Shown: positions 25,860 through 39,232, counted from the stretch's first letter. The stretch: DNA of 64,000 nucleotides from Octopus sinensis (GCF_006345805.1 NC_043006.1:102300001-102364000), one strand, 5' to 3'. The notes: generated by a model from the letters alone, not told the origin. Made by a program: numbers and translations.

Positions 25860-26646
25860 TGGAAATGCTTTGATACCTTTTTTTGTTATATATTAAAGTA
25901 TCCCATTATTAGGTTTTAAGTTTAATTTCCATCCTTTTTCTACATATTAATTTACATTTTTCTCATTTTTATAAAATAAATTTCCTAAGTTATGAATTAC
26001 TACTTCCTTTTTCTTTTTTTTTCATTATACTCCCCTTTCTTTAATAATCTAAAAAAAGTATTGGCCACCTCTTTCCTTCTTCTTCTAATCACCACCTTTT
26101 CCCCATCAGTCATTCTCTTACTAGCAGTCCTGCAACATATCCTTTTATGTAGATAAAGCCAGATTTATAGTTCCTGTACAATGAGGGTTTGCTAGATTGT
26201 CTGACGTTAATTGATTTATCAGCATCAACTAGATAGAATACAGTTGACAACTCCCTATGGATTTAATTCTAAATGGTTGAAGGCAACATGCAGCATAAAA
26301 TCTTCTAAATATAAATAACTATGACACCACTCCTATATCTTAACCCCCACTATTTCTGTCTGCTACTCTCTAAATTATAGTAGGCCTAGTAAGATATACA
26401 TTATTTTCTAAAATATTCTGCCATTGGTATAACATAAGAAAACAATGTAATTATTTTTGGTTTCTATTATTGATGCAAATTCATTAAAAATGGTTTACCC
26501 TTTGTGTTTGAAATCTATCTGGTCATTTGCCTCAGAAGAGAGCGGTTTCTTTCAAATTGATGTAATGTTTTCATTGATCAATTAAATGGAGCCACTTGAA
26601 ACAGCCATCATGTATTGACACTTGTATGTCCTTGTTACTTATTTAC

Positions 26647-26694
<48 letters not shown>

Positions 26695-26695
<1 letters not shown>

Positions 26696-26968
26696 TAAGT
26701 GATTAAGGGTTCAGCAACGATTTGCCTCACCACACACCCAATTTAGAAATGGTTTTACTGGGATCTCCCTTTTAAGTAGAAAGAATAGCCAAAACTTTTT
26801 GATTGCTATTTCTAAATTCGGTGTGTGGTGAGGCAAATCGTTGCTGAACCCTTAATCACTTAGTATTACTTAAACCTTCCTTGAATGGGTCTTTTACATG
26901 CCGAACTCTACTTGGTGAAATTAATGATTATTTCTAAATTAATTAATTAATTTCACCCTTTATTATTG
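26695..26968. mobile_element. Fold-back element in (TA)n, copy 1 (58-bp arms 26693-26750 / 26808-26865, 57-bp spacer, about 100-bp tail)
   Basis: Arms read directly; TA tracts on both sides; related to 37568-37817. Confidence 0.8.
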
Positions 26969-27004
26969 ATATATATATATATATATATATAATATATATA
27001 TATA

Positions 27005-27276
27005 CTAAGTGATTAAGGGTTCAGCAACGATTTGCCTCACCACACACCCAATTTAGAAATGGTTTTACTGGGATCTCCCTTTTAAGTAGAAAGAATAGCC
27101 AAAACTTTTTGATTGCTATTTCTAAATTCGGTGTGTGGTGAGGCAAATCGTTGCTGAACCCTTAATCACTTAGTATTACTTAAACCTTCCTTGAATGGGT
27201 CTTTTACATGCCGAACTCTACTTGGTGAAATTAATGATTATTTCTAAATTAATTAATTAATTTCACCCTTTATTAT

Positions 27277-27278
<2 letters not shown>
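27005..27278. mobile_element. Fold-back element copy 2, identical tandem duplicate of 26695-26968
   Basis: No differences seen by eye over 274 bp; period 310 bp. Confidence 0.8.
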
Positions 27279-27317
<39 letters not shown>

Positions 27318-28145
27318 AATCTCTCGTAGACTGAGAAAGACAGTTGTTCTGTGATTTCTTTCTGAATAAACTGCACAAATGATTTGTTGATAGCAATCAA
27401 ATCTTTGTGCTGTGAATTAGCTTACTCCTTGCATCAAACTGACATTTCCCTTGGGTACCTTACATATGGCATCGCAGTGATCACAGAGCAATATGAGATG
27501 AAGTGTTTAGCTTTAGAACACAGTGCACCACCTGTTCCAGCAATTGAAACCATGATCTTGTGGTCATGAGTACAACACTTTAAACACTAAGCCATATGCC
27601 CTCATATATATACATATATATATACACGTTTTTATATTTATTTATTTACTTATTTTCATATGCATAGTCATCATTAGGTTTTGTAGAAAACTTAAGCTAT
27701 AACCACATCATTTGTAACCTAGTTAAAGGAAGAAAAATGACTGTCTTTACCTAAATTGGGTGGACGTTTGCACCAACCACGTTAATTAGCATTTGTTTGC
27801 TTCTTGCATATACAATGCTGTTATTTATTAAATGTATTATTAACAACTGGGACTGGCTGCATCTATTTACTTTTTGTTTGAGTTTTCTATATACATTTAT
27901 TTATTTTCTTTACAATTTATTCAGTTTTTTAATCTTCCCAAATATCTGTATAAAAGATCTAGATGCTATGTTAATTGGATGGCTCCGATCTTTATTGTAA
28001 TTTGATTTCGTGTAAATTGAAGTTGGTTAATTTTCTGGCACATTCGGTTTTGTCAAATTAGCATCAAAATAATGCAGAGGATTGCTGATGCTTCTATTGC
28101 AAACCATTGTTGGTTTGTAAAATCATGTTATTCTCTGCACACACA

Positions 28146-28176
<31 letters not shown>

Positions 28177-28234
28177 CACATGCACGCAGTAGATTGACAA
28201 AAAATGTTTTAAGAGCTCAGTGGATATAACAAGG

Positions 28235-28675
28235 AGAACAAACACCATCCGATCGTGGCCGTGCCAGCCTCGCCTGGCCTCCGTGCCGGTGGCACGTAAA
28301 AAACACCATCCGAGCATGGCCATTCACCAGCCTCGTCTGGCACCTGTGTCCGTGGCACGTAAAAAAAAAAAACACCATCCGATCGTGGCCGTTCGCCAGC
28401 CTCGTCTGGCACCTGTGTCCGTGGCATGTAAAAAACACCATCCGGGTGTGGCTGTACGCCAGCCTCGTCTGGCACCTGTGTTGGTGGCACATAAAAAGCA
28501 CCCACTACACTCACGGAGTGGTTGGTGTTAGGAAGGGCATCCAGCTGTAGAAACACTGCCAGATCTGACTGGCCTGGTGCAGCCTTCTGGCTTCACAGAC
28601 CCCAGTTGAACCGTCCAACCCATGCTAGCAAGGAAAGCGGACGTTAAACGATGATGATGATGATGATGATGATGA
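28235..28675 (+). mobile_element. RTE 3' UTR fragment with four tandem units of about 62 bp
   Basis: aacaccatccg...gtggcacgt units at about 28241, 28303, 28371 and 28434; ends gcggacgttaaac(gat)n. Confidence 0.88.
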
Positions 28676-28899
28676 TACCTTCTTTGAGCACAGGATAGAC
28701 TGTACCACTGCTTGCGTACAAAGTGTAATGCTGCATGGTAGTAAAATGTGAGTGTTGAATGCAGATGTGCAAAAGCTGGAAGGAAATTACCAATTTATGT
28801 TCTGTTTGATGCATAAAGCTAGTGTGTATGAATGACATAGTTCTGATAAGCTGAGAGAAAAACTAAACACAAAAAGAATGAGATGGTAGATTTAAGATA

Positions 28900-29140
28900 C
28901 AAGGGAGACAACAGTGTAAGTATGTTACATGTATGGATGGTAAGAGATAGGTCGAGAAATGCCTGGAGATTCACATGGAAGGAAACTGTATAAGAGGAAA
29001 ACTAAGGAAGACGTGGGCAAAAGTAATGAATGTTGATCTCAGTGTGTTGTCCTTGACAAAGGTGATGATAAAAGTACACAATAAATGGGAAGACACTGTT
29101 GGAGAAGACCCATCTAATCCATGCAAGCATAGAAAAGCAG
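28900..29140 (+). mobile_element. Degenerate RTE RT C-terminal remnant
   Basis: MEGNCIRGKLRKTWAKVMNVDLSVLSLTKVM resembles VEGTCGRGRPRKTWDEVVKHDLRTLGLTKTM. Confidence 0.6.
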
Positions 29141-29235
29141 ATGTAAATTGTGTGTGTGTGCATGTGGGCGTTTGTATAAAATCTTCACAGTTATTCTTGA
29201 CAAGACACAAGTACGCACTCACCCAAATAGGCATT

Positions 29236-29237
29236 CC

Positions 29238-29329
<92 letters not shown>

Positions 29330-29337
29330 TCTCTCTC
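29236..29337. repeat. (TC)n microsatellite
   Basis: Direct reading. Confidence 0.95.
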
Positions 29338-32061
29338 ACATACGCACACACATGTATACCGGTTGAAGCACAAATGCCTCTAACATCAATCTGGCAGCAT
29401 CCAAGCCTTTCTGTACAAGCATAATAGGCATGCAATGGATATATGGAGTATGCATGTGAGTAATTAGGGTGCATGACTTTATTAAGGTATGTCAGATTGG
29501 AAAGGAAATTTGGAAATCTATTAATGAATTTGTTGTTCAGCTTATCAAATTCTTCACTGGTGCAATAGGTTAATACAAGAAATATGTTGTATTTCTCATG
29601 CTACTGACAGAAGATAGGAAATACCATGCATCTTTAACAAGAATGGCTAGAACTTTGCATTAACGATTGAAGTTCTGTGTAAGGTAATGAGCTGGCAAAA
29701 TGCTTAGAGGTATTTCATCTGTCTGTGTGTTGAGTTCAAATTCTGCGGAGATTAACTTTGTTTTCAGGATCAATAAATTAAGTACCAGTTGACCACATCA
29801 ACCTACACCCTCCCCTGTAATTGCTGGCCTTTATGTCAAAATTTAAAAGCAATAATTAAAGTTCAGTGTTTAAGGCGTTAAGCTGGCAGAATCGTTAGCA
29901 TGCCAGGCAAAATGTTTTGCAGCATTTCATCTGTCTTTATGTTCTGAGTTCAAATTCCATCAAGGTCGACTTTGCCTTTCATCTTTTCTGAGTCACTAAA
30001 ATAAATACCAGTTGAACTCTGGGGTCAATTTAATCAACCTGCATCCTCCCCCATGTGTCAAAATTTGAAATAAATAATTAAAGTGTTGTGTTCAAACCCA
30101 AATTTTAGATAGGTTTATATGGAGAACTATGTTCCTGGAAGTCAAAGACTGCATTAATATAGTGTAATAATGTAAAGAAACCTGAATATAATTATTAATA
30201 ATCCAGAAAAGAAATGAAAACACTTCATTTCTTTACAAATATAGGCACCTTAAATTCTAAATATAATTTCTTTAAGGTGTATATACCTTTTGTTATAAAA
30301 CAGTGTATATACTAAATATATATGTGCCAGTATAGATGTGTGGTTAAGAAGTTTGCTTTGCAACCACATAGCATTGGGTTCAATCCCACTCTGGAACTGT
30401 GGGAAAATGTCTGGGCCAAATAACATCCTGTGTGTGAATTTGATAGATGGAAACTACAAAGAATCTTGTTATATGCATGCGTGTTAACTCTGCCTTTTAA
30501 CATTAGTGTAAAGGCCAAAGACACTGCTTCTTCCATACCCAGCTAGTAAAAAAAAAAGTAAATTATTAGTAGGTTATATCTTGTCACTACTACTCTGTCA
30601 TGTCCACGATGAAAACACATAGTTCTCAATGTTTTAGTATAATTTATTTGGTGTAAATAGATGTCATTTACTATTGTAAGCCATGATATTGTCAAGCATT
30701 TGCAGTAATTACAGTACAAACTTTGACCTATCCCCACATAAGAACTACCCTGAGATAAATCGGTGGCAGGATTTCTTTCTTACTCATTTAATACCAATCA
30801 AACCAGAGTCGAGTATCATTACAGGTCCTTGTAATTTGGAAAGATTTAAATTTGGCAAAGCATGAATGCAGCACCTCATATTTCTATCTCCTACAAAATC
30901 AATAAGGATAATTATATGGCACAGGTATGGCTATGTGGTAAGAGGTTTGCTTCTGAATCACATGGTTTTATATTCAGTCCCACTGCATGGCACGTTGAAT
31001 TGGTACCTTCTACTAAAACCCTAGGCCTACAAAAGATATATGAGTGGATTTGGTGGATGAGACATATGTGTATGTTTGTGTCTAATTGTCTTGACATTGT
31101 ATGATTGTTGTAAATGATTGTCACTGTTATATAAGCAGTGTCATTCATTTCCAGTATTCTGCAAGAACATACCTGGTCATAGGTAAATATTACCTTGCTT
31201 AGAAACAGGCAAGGGTTCATAACAGGAAAAACATCTGGCCATAGAAAATGAAATCCCTCCAACCCATGCAAGCATTGAAAACGGGAAGTTAAAATGATGA
31301 TAGATTGACAGCAGTAGTCTTAACAATTATAATATACATTTTAATAAATTGATTAGGACAGTATTTTTAGGAATGAAACCCTTTTCTCATCTCACCACTC
31401 ACATGTGGGTGAGGCTAAGTGAAATTCATCAAGCAACAGGTTTTAACCAGAAAGTTCAGGAAACAATGTCTACAAAGTTTGAAGCAAAGAAAATCTATGA
31501 TAACAATAAAGTACTTAAGTTTCTGTATTTCTATAATGAGGTACTGATGGATTTATGGTAATTTTCCGACATTTCTCACCTTCTTCCATTTCCCTGACAT
31601 AGAATTATGTTCTTGACAAGTGATTCTGCGAAGTGTCAAAGATTCACACTTGAACCTACAAAAGAACAAAAAGATGATGTCGACAAATTTAGTCAAGACT
31701 TCATTTTGAATTCAAACCTTTGAGCTGCCTAAATTAAACATCGATTTCAGGAATCTGCACAGAATTTATTGCATGTGTATGTATGTATGTATGTATGTCT
31801 GTGCATGAATTTGTATGTGCTTGAACATGTTTGAGTGGGTGTGTGTATGTATACTGATATATATATATATATATGGGCAGGTATGGCTGTGTGGTAAGAA
31901 ACTTGCTTCCTGACCACATAGTTTCAGTTTCCATTCCACTACATGGCATAGTGGGCAAGTATATATATATAAGTGCTATAGATAGACCATAGTTAAGTTC
32001 CAGGTTCGGTGGTTTTGCAAATAAGGGGTTCAACATTGGTCATATGTCAGTGTATGTATAT

Positions 32062-32189
32062 AAGAATTTTTTGCATAATGAGATAAAAAACCAAGGCTGT
32101 GTAGATATTAGAATATTTATAGATAGCTATAAATGTTCTAATATCTACACAGCCTTGGTTTTTTTTATCTCATTACGCAAAAGATTCTT
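32062..32189. repeat. 128-bp near-perfect hairpin next to (TA)n
   Basis: Arms of about 61 bp; 4-nt loop ATAG at 32123-32126. Confidence 0.85.
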
Positions 32190-32196
32190 TTATATA

Positions 32197-32229
<33 letters not shown>

Positions 32230-32892
32230 TTTATTTATTTATTTATTTATGTGTGTGTTTGTGTCTGTGTTGTCCCCCGACCATCATTTGACAACCAATG
32301 TTGGTGTGTTTATGTCTCCGTAACTTAACAGTTTGGCAAAAGAGGCCAATAGAATAAGTACCAGACTTACAAAGATTAAGTCCTGGGGTCGATTTCTTCA
32401 AGCCAAAAGGTGGTGCACCAGCATGGCCACAGTCAAATGACTGAAACAAGTAAAAGAATAAAAGAATGTGTGTGTATAAATAAGTGCAGGCCCTGTAGTG
32501 TGGTTAAAACGTTATCTTCCCAACCACATGACACCTTGGGTAAATATCTTCTGGGGTAGACACAGGCTGGCCATTGCTTTATGAGTGAATTTGGTTGATG
32601 GAAACTACAAGAATCCCATTGGGTGTGTTTGTGCATGTATTAATGTGCGTAAATGTTGATATTCCACACTTAACACTGCTTGAGTGAAGTAGTGATGATG
32701 TTGACATCTTTGTTGATTCTATGACAGGTTCTGAGTTTAAATGCTGCTGATGTCGACTTTGCCTTTCATCCTTTCAGAGTTGATAAATTAAGTACCAGTT
32801 GAGCACTGGAATTGATGTAATTAATTTAACCTCTCCCTCAAAATTTCAGGCCTTGTGCTATATTAGAAAGGATTATTATTATTATTATTATT

Positions 32893-33271
32893 CAGTAGTT
32901 TTATTTTTATAGCGTGCTTTCACTTCACTACCGAGCGCAGCTCTGTGTGCCTTGGGTATGTGCTGTGATTTGTTGTGATGCTCTGATGGTTATTGTATGG
33001 AAAGTGTTCTGCGTAGGATGTGTGCAGTGCCTAGTAGTGCAATTTTCTGTATGTTATATGTGTTTGTAAGTCCTGGTGTTTTTGTTATGTATTTGTCTGA
33101 ATATTTTTTTATCATGCCTAATGCACCTACTATGATAGGAATTGTTTCTGTTTTTAGATTCCACATTCTGGTTACCTCTATTTCCAGGTCTTTGTATTTT
33201 GAGAGTTTCTCCATTTCTTTTAGAGACACGTTGTCATCTGCCAGTATTGATACATCAATTAGAAAGCATTT
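32893..33271 (-). mobile_element. 3' fragment of an RLE-endonuclease non-LTR retrotransposon (R4/Dong-like) in (TAA)n
   Basis: CFLIDVSI..D.NVSLKEMEKLSKYKDLEIEVTRMWNLKTETIPIIVGALG...IQKIALLGTAHILRRTL; (AAT)n on both sides. Confidence 0.85.
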
Positions 33272-33284
33272 ATTATTATTATTA

Positions 33285-33342
<58 letters not shown>

Positions 33343-34944
33343 TATTATTATCTTTATTCATCATCTGGAGATGTAGAAGTGGAGATATGACTAGAGCATA
33401 GTTATAGATGTAAGTAAACATTTAACACTGACCATGTCTACAAAATGTCTTTTGATTTAATTATTATGAGGACAGTATTATTTAATGGATATACAATGTT
33501 AGTAAAAGCAGCTTTTTCTAACTCATGAAGCTTGGTGCCATCAGGTACTATCTATCCGCCTTATTGATCAGTCTCATACTAACAAGCCCCAAACCACTAA
33601 TTGCTTCAATAATTTTTGTTGCTGTCATTTCTACCAGATGTTGAAGATTTCTGTTTGCAAATCTGGCTAATTTGTGTAAAATCTAGGAATTGTTGTCTGA
33701 GAGTAACACTAATAATAATCAGTAGGCATGTTATGACCTTATTTTTTTCACAATTATATTCACTAAATTAGTACTGTTATTAAAGACTGTTTAAATTATA
33801 TGCCTGTAAACACATTTCTCAAGTTAGAATTCAGTTGGCATACAACTCCCAAATTATGACAGCATGAAGAGAGAAATGTTATTTGCATTATTAAACATTT
33901 CTATACACAATGTGTAGGCCATGTGATTATTATGAGGTTTGTAGTTGGCCAATTTACTCAAGCACTGGACAAATAAATGTCCTGTAATATCTGATTGTTT
34001 TACTTCACATCCTGAGTTCAAATCTTACAGAAGTCAATTGTATCTTTTGATTGATTTATCAAGTAATCAATAAAATAGTTCCAAGCCAAGTAGTTGTTGA
34101 TCAAAATTATCTATGCCTTCCTTTAAAATTTATGGCCTTGTTCCAAGTTTAAAAAACTCTGTAAAAGTTCTGTTGCCATTGTTAATGTCCCTGTAAAATA
34201 ATGGGAACTTCTGTTTATTTATGGAGTGAGTGGGTGTGGTGTGGAGATGAGTGTGTCCAATCATTCGTTTACAAATTTCATTAACAGTAATGCTGATTGA
34301 ATTACTAAAATAGACCCTGAATTTAGTTCTGCTGACTCCTAAAACACTCATCAGTTTTACTATGTGGCTGTTGCTTATAATTTAAAATAACTTATCCAAA
34401 AATAGTGTGGCCATCTTGTTGACAGGCATTGTATAGGTACACATATACGTCAATGTATGTAGGTAGCTACCTTATCCATATGAAACGCATTATGGGAGTA
34501 AATGTTTGCATTGATACAAGTAGCCAAATAATTTAGGGTATATTCTAGAAATAAACGGTTAGAGTATTCGGCTCACAATTGTGACACTTTATTTCACGTT
34601 ACTCCAGTCTACTCAGCTGACAAAAATGAGTTGTACCTGTATTTCAAAGGACCAGCCTTGTCACACTCTGTGTCATGCTGAATCTACATCAGAACTACAT
34701 TAAGGAGATGTGTGTCTGTGGAGTGCTCAACCACTTGCACATGAATTTCACAAGCAGGTAGTTCCATTGATTGGACCAACTGGAACCCTCATCATCATAA
34801 ATGAAAAGTGCTATTAATGTTAAGATAAATTTATTGTTGATATTTTTTTTTTAATTATGTTATCTAATGAATAACAAAAGTATTTTTAAGGGCTGATTAA
34901 ATTTTGATGTAATAAAATCATGAAAAAACATTCAATTGAGGTCG

Positions 34945-35160
34945 TTGCCAGAGTCGCTGAACTGGCTCCTGTGCAGGTGGCACGTAAAAGCACCCGCTAC
35001 ACTCTCGGAGTGGTTGGCGTTAGGAAGGGCATCCAGCTGTAGAAACTCTGCCAGATCAGACTGGAGTCTGGTGCAGCCATCTGGTTCGCCAGACCACAGT
35101 CAAATCGTCCAACCCATGCTAGCATGGAAAGCGGACGTTGAATGATGATGATGATGATGA
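34945..35160 (+). mobile_element. RTE 3' end stub
   Basis: ggaagggcatccagctgtagaaac...catggaaagcggacgttgaa(tga)n. Confidence 0.85.
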
Positions 35161-35525
35161 AAATAAAATCTTTCAACTGAAACTGGTCAAATTTAACAGA
35201 AAGACTTCTTGTGAGAAAGATTGAAGATTGCTTTTTGCAGCAGACCAGGTATGGGGGTATGCACCACTGCAGCATGTCAGTGCATCTACCATTTGTTGGT
35301 CTGTCCTCAGGTTGTCTTGAGCAACCCCCCAAGTAGTGTCCCAGTCAGCCCCCATCTCTGCATCATAGGTCCTCATTTGTCATGACTATGTAGACTATGT
35401 AGCATGTGGGCAACCAATATGAGCCTTCATCCTAGCACACACTTATTTCCTAAACTTTGTTTAATGATGCTGAAGAAGAAAAACAAGAGAATCCACACAC
35501 ACACACACACACACATACACACACA

Positions 35526-35556
<31 letters not shown>

Positions 35557-36287
35557 CACCACACACACACACACACACCACACACACACACACACACCCT
35601 TTTTTCTCTCTCACTGTTGGACTGAGAGAATATATAAAGTAAAAGTAAATTTGAGAAGCATTCACAAACTATTAAAAAATAGAAAGAAAAAAAACTTTTA
35701 TTGAAGTTAAAATTAAGCTTAAGGTTAGTTAATTTAATCATGTCATACAGCAACTTCAGTAATTTAATCTATTTGGGAAAGCCTATTAGCATGTGTGATG
35801 TATACACCGGAATTTATAATTCTTCAAGACTTTTCGTTTGGCAAAGCTATATGCTGCTAAACTATTAAACTAACTTAAGATTGGCAATATTGTGACTAAG
35901 TTAATTTACTAAATTACAAACACATACAGATGAATATTTGAAGTGGCCTTGTTATAATGTATAATACTTGTTGAATCACAGCTGGTTGTTCAGTTGTTTA
36001 AGAACAGATTTCTCAGACTTTGTTCTGTGAACCTGGCTGACAAATGCGGGTACCAACACTCCTGTAAGGCAAGAGAAAAGTTGCTTCAATAATAACCCAC
36101 CAGCATTTGAGTCTTGGGATAATATCCTGGACTTGGGTGCCATATGCTGTCCTTGAGCAAGGTACTTCATTTTATGTACTCAGCTGAAAATAAGTACCAG
36201 CGGAATACTCATGCAACCCTCTCTCTCTTACCAGATGTTACATCATAAGTGCTCCACTGAGTTATAGTTATTATGAGCACCTGCTAC

Positions 36288-36832
36288 ACCCTAGCGGTTG
36301 AGGGAACCTGTGGACGAGGTGGTGAAGCACGACCTTCGAACATTAGGTCTCACCAAGACAATGACTAGTGACCGAGACCTTTGGAAGTATGCTGTGCGTG
36401 AGAAGACCTGGCAGGACAAGTGAGACCGTAACCCGTGGCCTCTACCTGAGATGTAGCCAGTCCACTTATGCATACCTTTCCTTCTTGGGACACAAAACTC
36501 TACATGCGGAGACCTGTTGAGGCAAGTGAAATCGAAATCAATCAAAATCAATGGAAATTGTAGTTGTGATACCAGTGCTGGTGGCACGTAAGAGAACCAT
36601 CCGGACGTGGCCATTGCCAGCACCACCCCAACTGGCCTCCGTGCCGGTGGCACGTAAAAAGCACCCGCTACACTCATGGAGTGGTTGGCATTAGGAAGGG
36701 CATCCAGCCGTAGAAACACTGCCAGATCAGACTGGGCCTGGTGCAGCCTTCTGGCTTCCCAGACCCCAGTTGAACCGTCCAACCCATGCCAGCATGGAAA
36801 GCGGATGTTAAACGATGATGATGATGATGATG
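36288..36832 (+). mobile_element. RTE 3' fragment (RT C-terminus + 3' UTR + (GAT)n)
   Basis: VEGTCG..VVKHDLRTLGLTKTMTSDRDLW, homologous to 10127-10750. Confidence 0.9.
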
Positions 36833-36874
36833 GTGCATGTTAGCAGGTTATACTCCCTTGCAAGTGACAACTGT

Positions 36875-36911
<37 letters not shown>

Positions 36912-37567
36912 GTGCATGTATATGTACATATACACCCAGAACCATGCTAATAGTTGAGTGAAATTTAGTGTTTCTTGGTTTTCTGTGAATCGATTTTGAT
37001 AAAACTTTTCCCAGTTGGTTTGTACCTCATGGCAACACCATTGTTATGTTTTCATTATTTTGTGTAATGTTCTTTCTTTTTTATTTCAAATTCTTCAGTT
37101 TTTGAGTGAACCACACTAATAGCTTTTGAATGAAAATAGTCCATCTGGACATTTTTTATTTTCAGAAAATGAAGGGTAATGATACATATTAAACATACAT
37201 TGAGTCTATATTTAATAGAAAACCATAATAATGTTATAACTTTTATTGACATAATGAGTTACTTAGCCACATGAGTGCCAAGGAAGAAATAATCCGATTG
37301 TGGGACCTCTAAGACAGTGACAACTAGGAATCTAAGGAATATTGCATGCTGTGTTCTCAAGCAAAATTCACTCAGCTGTGAATTGGTAACCCTGTGAAAG
37401 GCTTGCATTCAGATCAAGGGAATGTTGGCCTGCTCACCTAACCAGCGGGGTTGCATCATTCGAAAGCTAAAATGATGCCAAGTGCATTATGACTAGTGAT
37501 GTATAACATCTGATAGTCTGATTGATCCTGTGATCATGTGATATATATATATACATATATATATATA

Positions 37568-37817
37568 TACTAAGCAATAAGGGTTTAGCAACGAATTGCC
37601 TTACCACATACCGAATTTAGAAATAGCAGTCAAAGGGTTATAAATAGCTATAACCCTTTGACTGCTATTTCTAAATTCGGTATGTGGTAAGGCAATTCGT
37701 TGCTAAACCCTTATTGCTTAGTATTACTTAAATTTTCCTCGAATGAGGCTTTTACATGCCGAAGACTACTTGGTGTAATTGATAATTATTCCAAATTAAT
37801 TAATTTCACCCTTCATT
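37568..37817. mobile_element. Fold-back element of the same family as 26695; perfect 75-bp arms 37568-37642 / 37649-37723, 6-nt loop
   Basis: The reverse complement of the right arm equals the left arm; the tail is homologous to 26866-26968; TA flanks. Confidence 0.85.
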
Positions 37818-37981
<164 letters not shown>

Positions 37982-38191
37982 AAGTAATGTTTATTGCCAC
38001 ATCAATATGGCTGTTCAACATTACTACCTTCTTTAACCCCAGGAAGAGCCTCCTCCAGCTGGTTATCGATGCAGTCTGCACCCAGTATATATTGCAGATT
38101 TCATTGACAACCAGCTAGAGGAAGCTCTTCCTGGGGTTAAAAAGGGCAGTAATGTCAATTAGCCATACTGATGTGCCGATAAACATTACTT
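37982..38191. mobile_element. 210-bp imperfect fold-back (MITE-like) in (TA)n
   Basis: Ends aagtaatgtttatt / gataaacattactt; 12-nt loop at 38081-38092; half copy at 53414-53553. Confidence 0.75.
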
Positions 38192-39232
38192 ATATATATA
38201 GAGATAGATAGATAGATATCATATGATCTCAGTATAGTTTCTACCTTCATCTCTTATACATATTTTCTAACTAGCTACAGTGCTTGTTATATCATCACCA
38301 TTGTCGTTTAACGTTAGCCTTCCATGCTGGCATGGGTGGGAAACATCTTCATGTCATCATTTTTTCTTTGCAAAATAGTATCAGCTGGTTGCAAGTCCTT
38401 GCTGAAAGGTTTTCATTTCAGATTCCCTTCTCCTGAATAGATTGGTCATCACTGCAACTGGTGAACACCATCTACCTTTGACCGTATTCAATGGCTATTG
38501 ACTCACCCGAGTTACTTCACCCTTTGATGCATCTTGATTTTCATCCCACAGGGTATCCAAAAGACACCCTCCTCACCAAGCAAGCTTGGTGGGATTGCCA
38601 GTTTAGTCATCAGCAACCTGGCATATATGTGCGTGTGTTTGTGTATTACAGTATAATAAATATTGTGACCTTTCACAGTATAATACTGAAAGTAAATCAG
38701 CAAATATATTGTGGTAACTGACAGTATTTTACCAGCATTTGAAATGAACTGGCTTCAATTCTAATAATCAATAGGTGTTACTTAGATGTGCTTAAAGTAA
38801 CATTCCACTAGTCACTGAGATGATTGTTAAAAGACTATTGGATTTGGAAAATCCCGGCAGTAAGTACCTGGTTCTAACACTCTTGCAACACTTGGAACAT
38901 CTTCCTTACAGCTATGCAGAAACCTTTCACAATTCTGATACATTTATATAACTATAGGTCATGAGTGCTGGCTTTAGTTCAACATATATGAAAACTTGCT
39001 AAAAGTACATGCATCCATGTTTTGAAAAAATGTTCATTGAATCAAAACTAATACTTGCAACTTAACTTTGTGAAATATTTCTTGTCTGTAAAGCAGCTAA
39101 AGCTCAAAACTTGCATTTTAAATGGAAATTTTGGTGGTCATTTTACTTACCTATTCACCTAATACATCAATAGATACTATGATTCATGAATCTCATTTCA
39201 AGTGTACCAACTACTGCTGTCTATCAAACATA

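Noticed and set aside
28241-28497. CRISPR-like repeat array
   Set aside because: Units are contiguous without unique spacers, lie in a LINE 3' UTR, and the DNA is eukaryotic with no cas genes.
37731-37780. Possible hammerhead in the tail of the 26695/37568 family (UCGAAUGA GGC-UUUUACAU-GCC GAAG)
   Set aside because: Stem II is plausible but the core has an insertion, GAAA is GAAG or GAAC, stem III does not form and the two copies disagree. Needs a family consensus.
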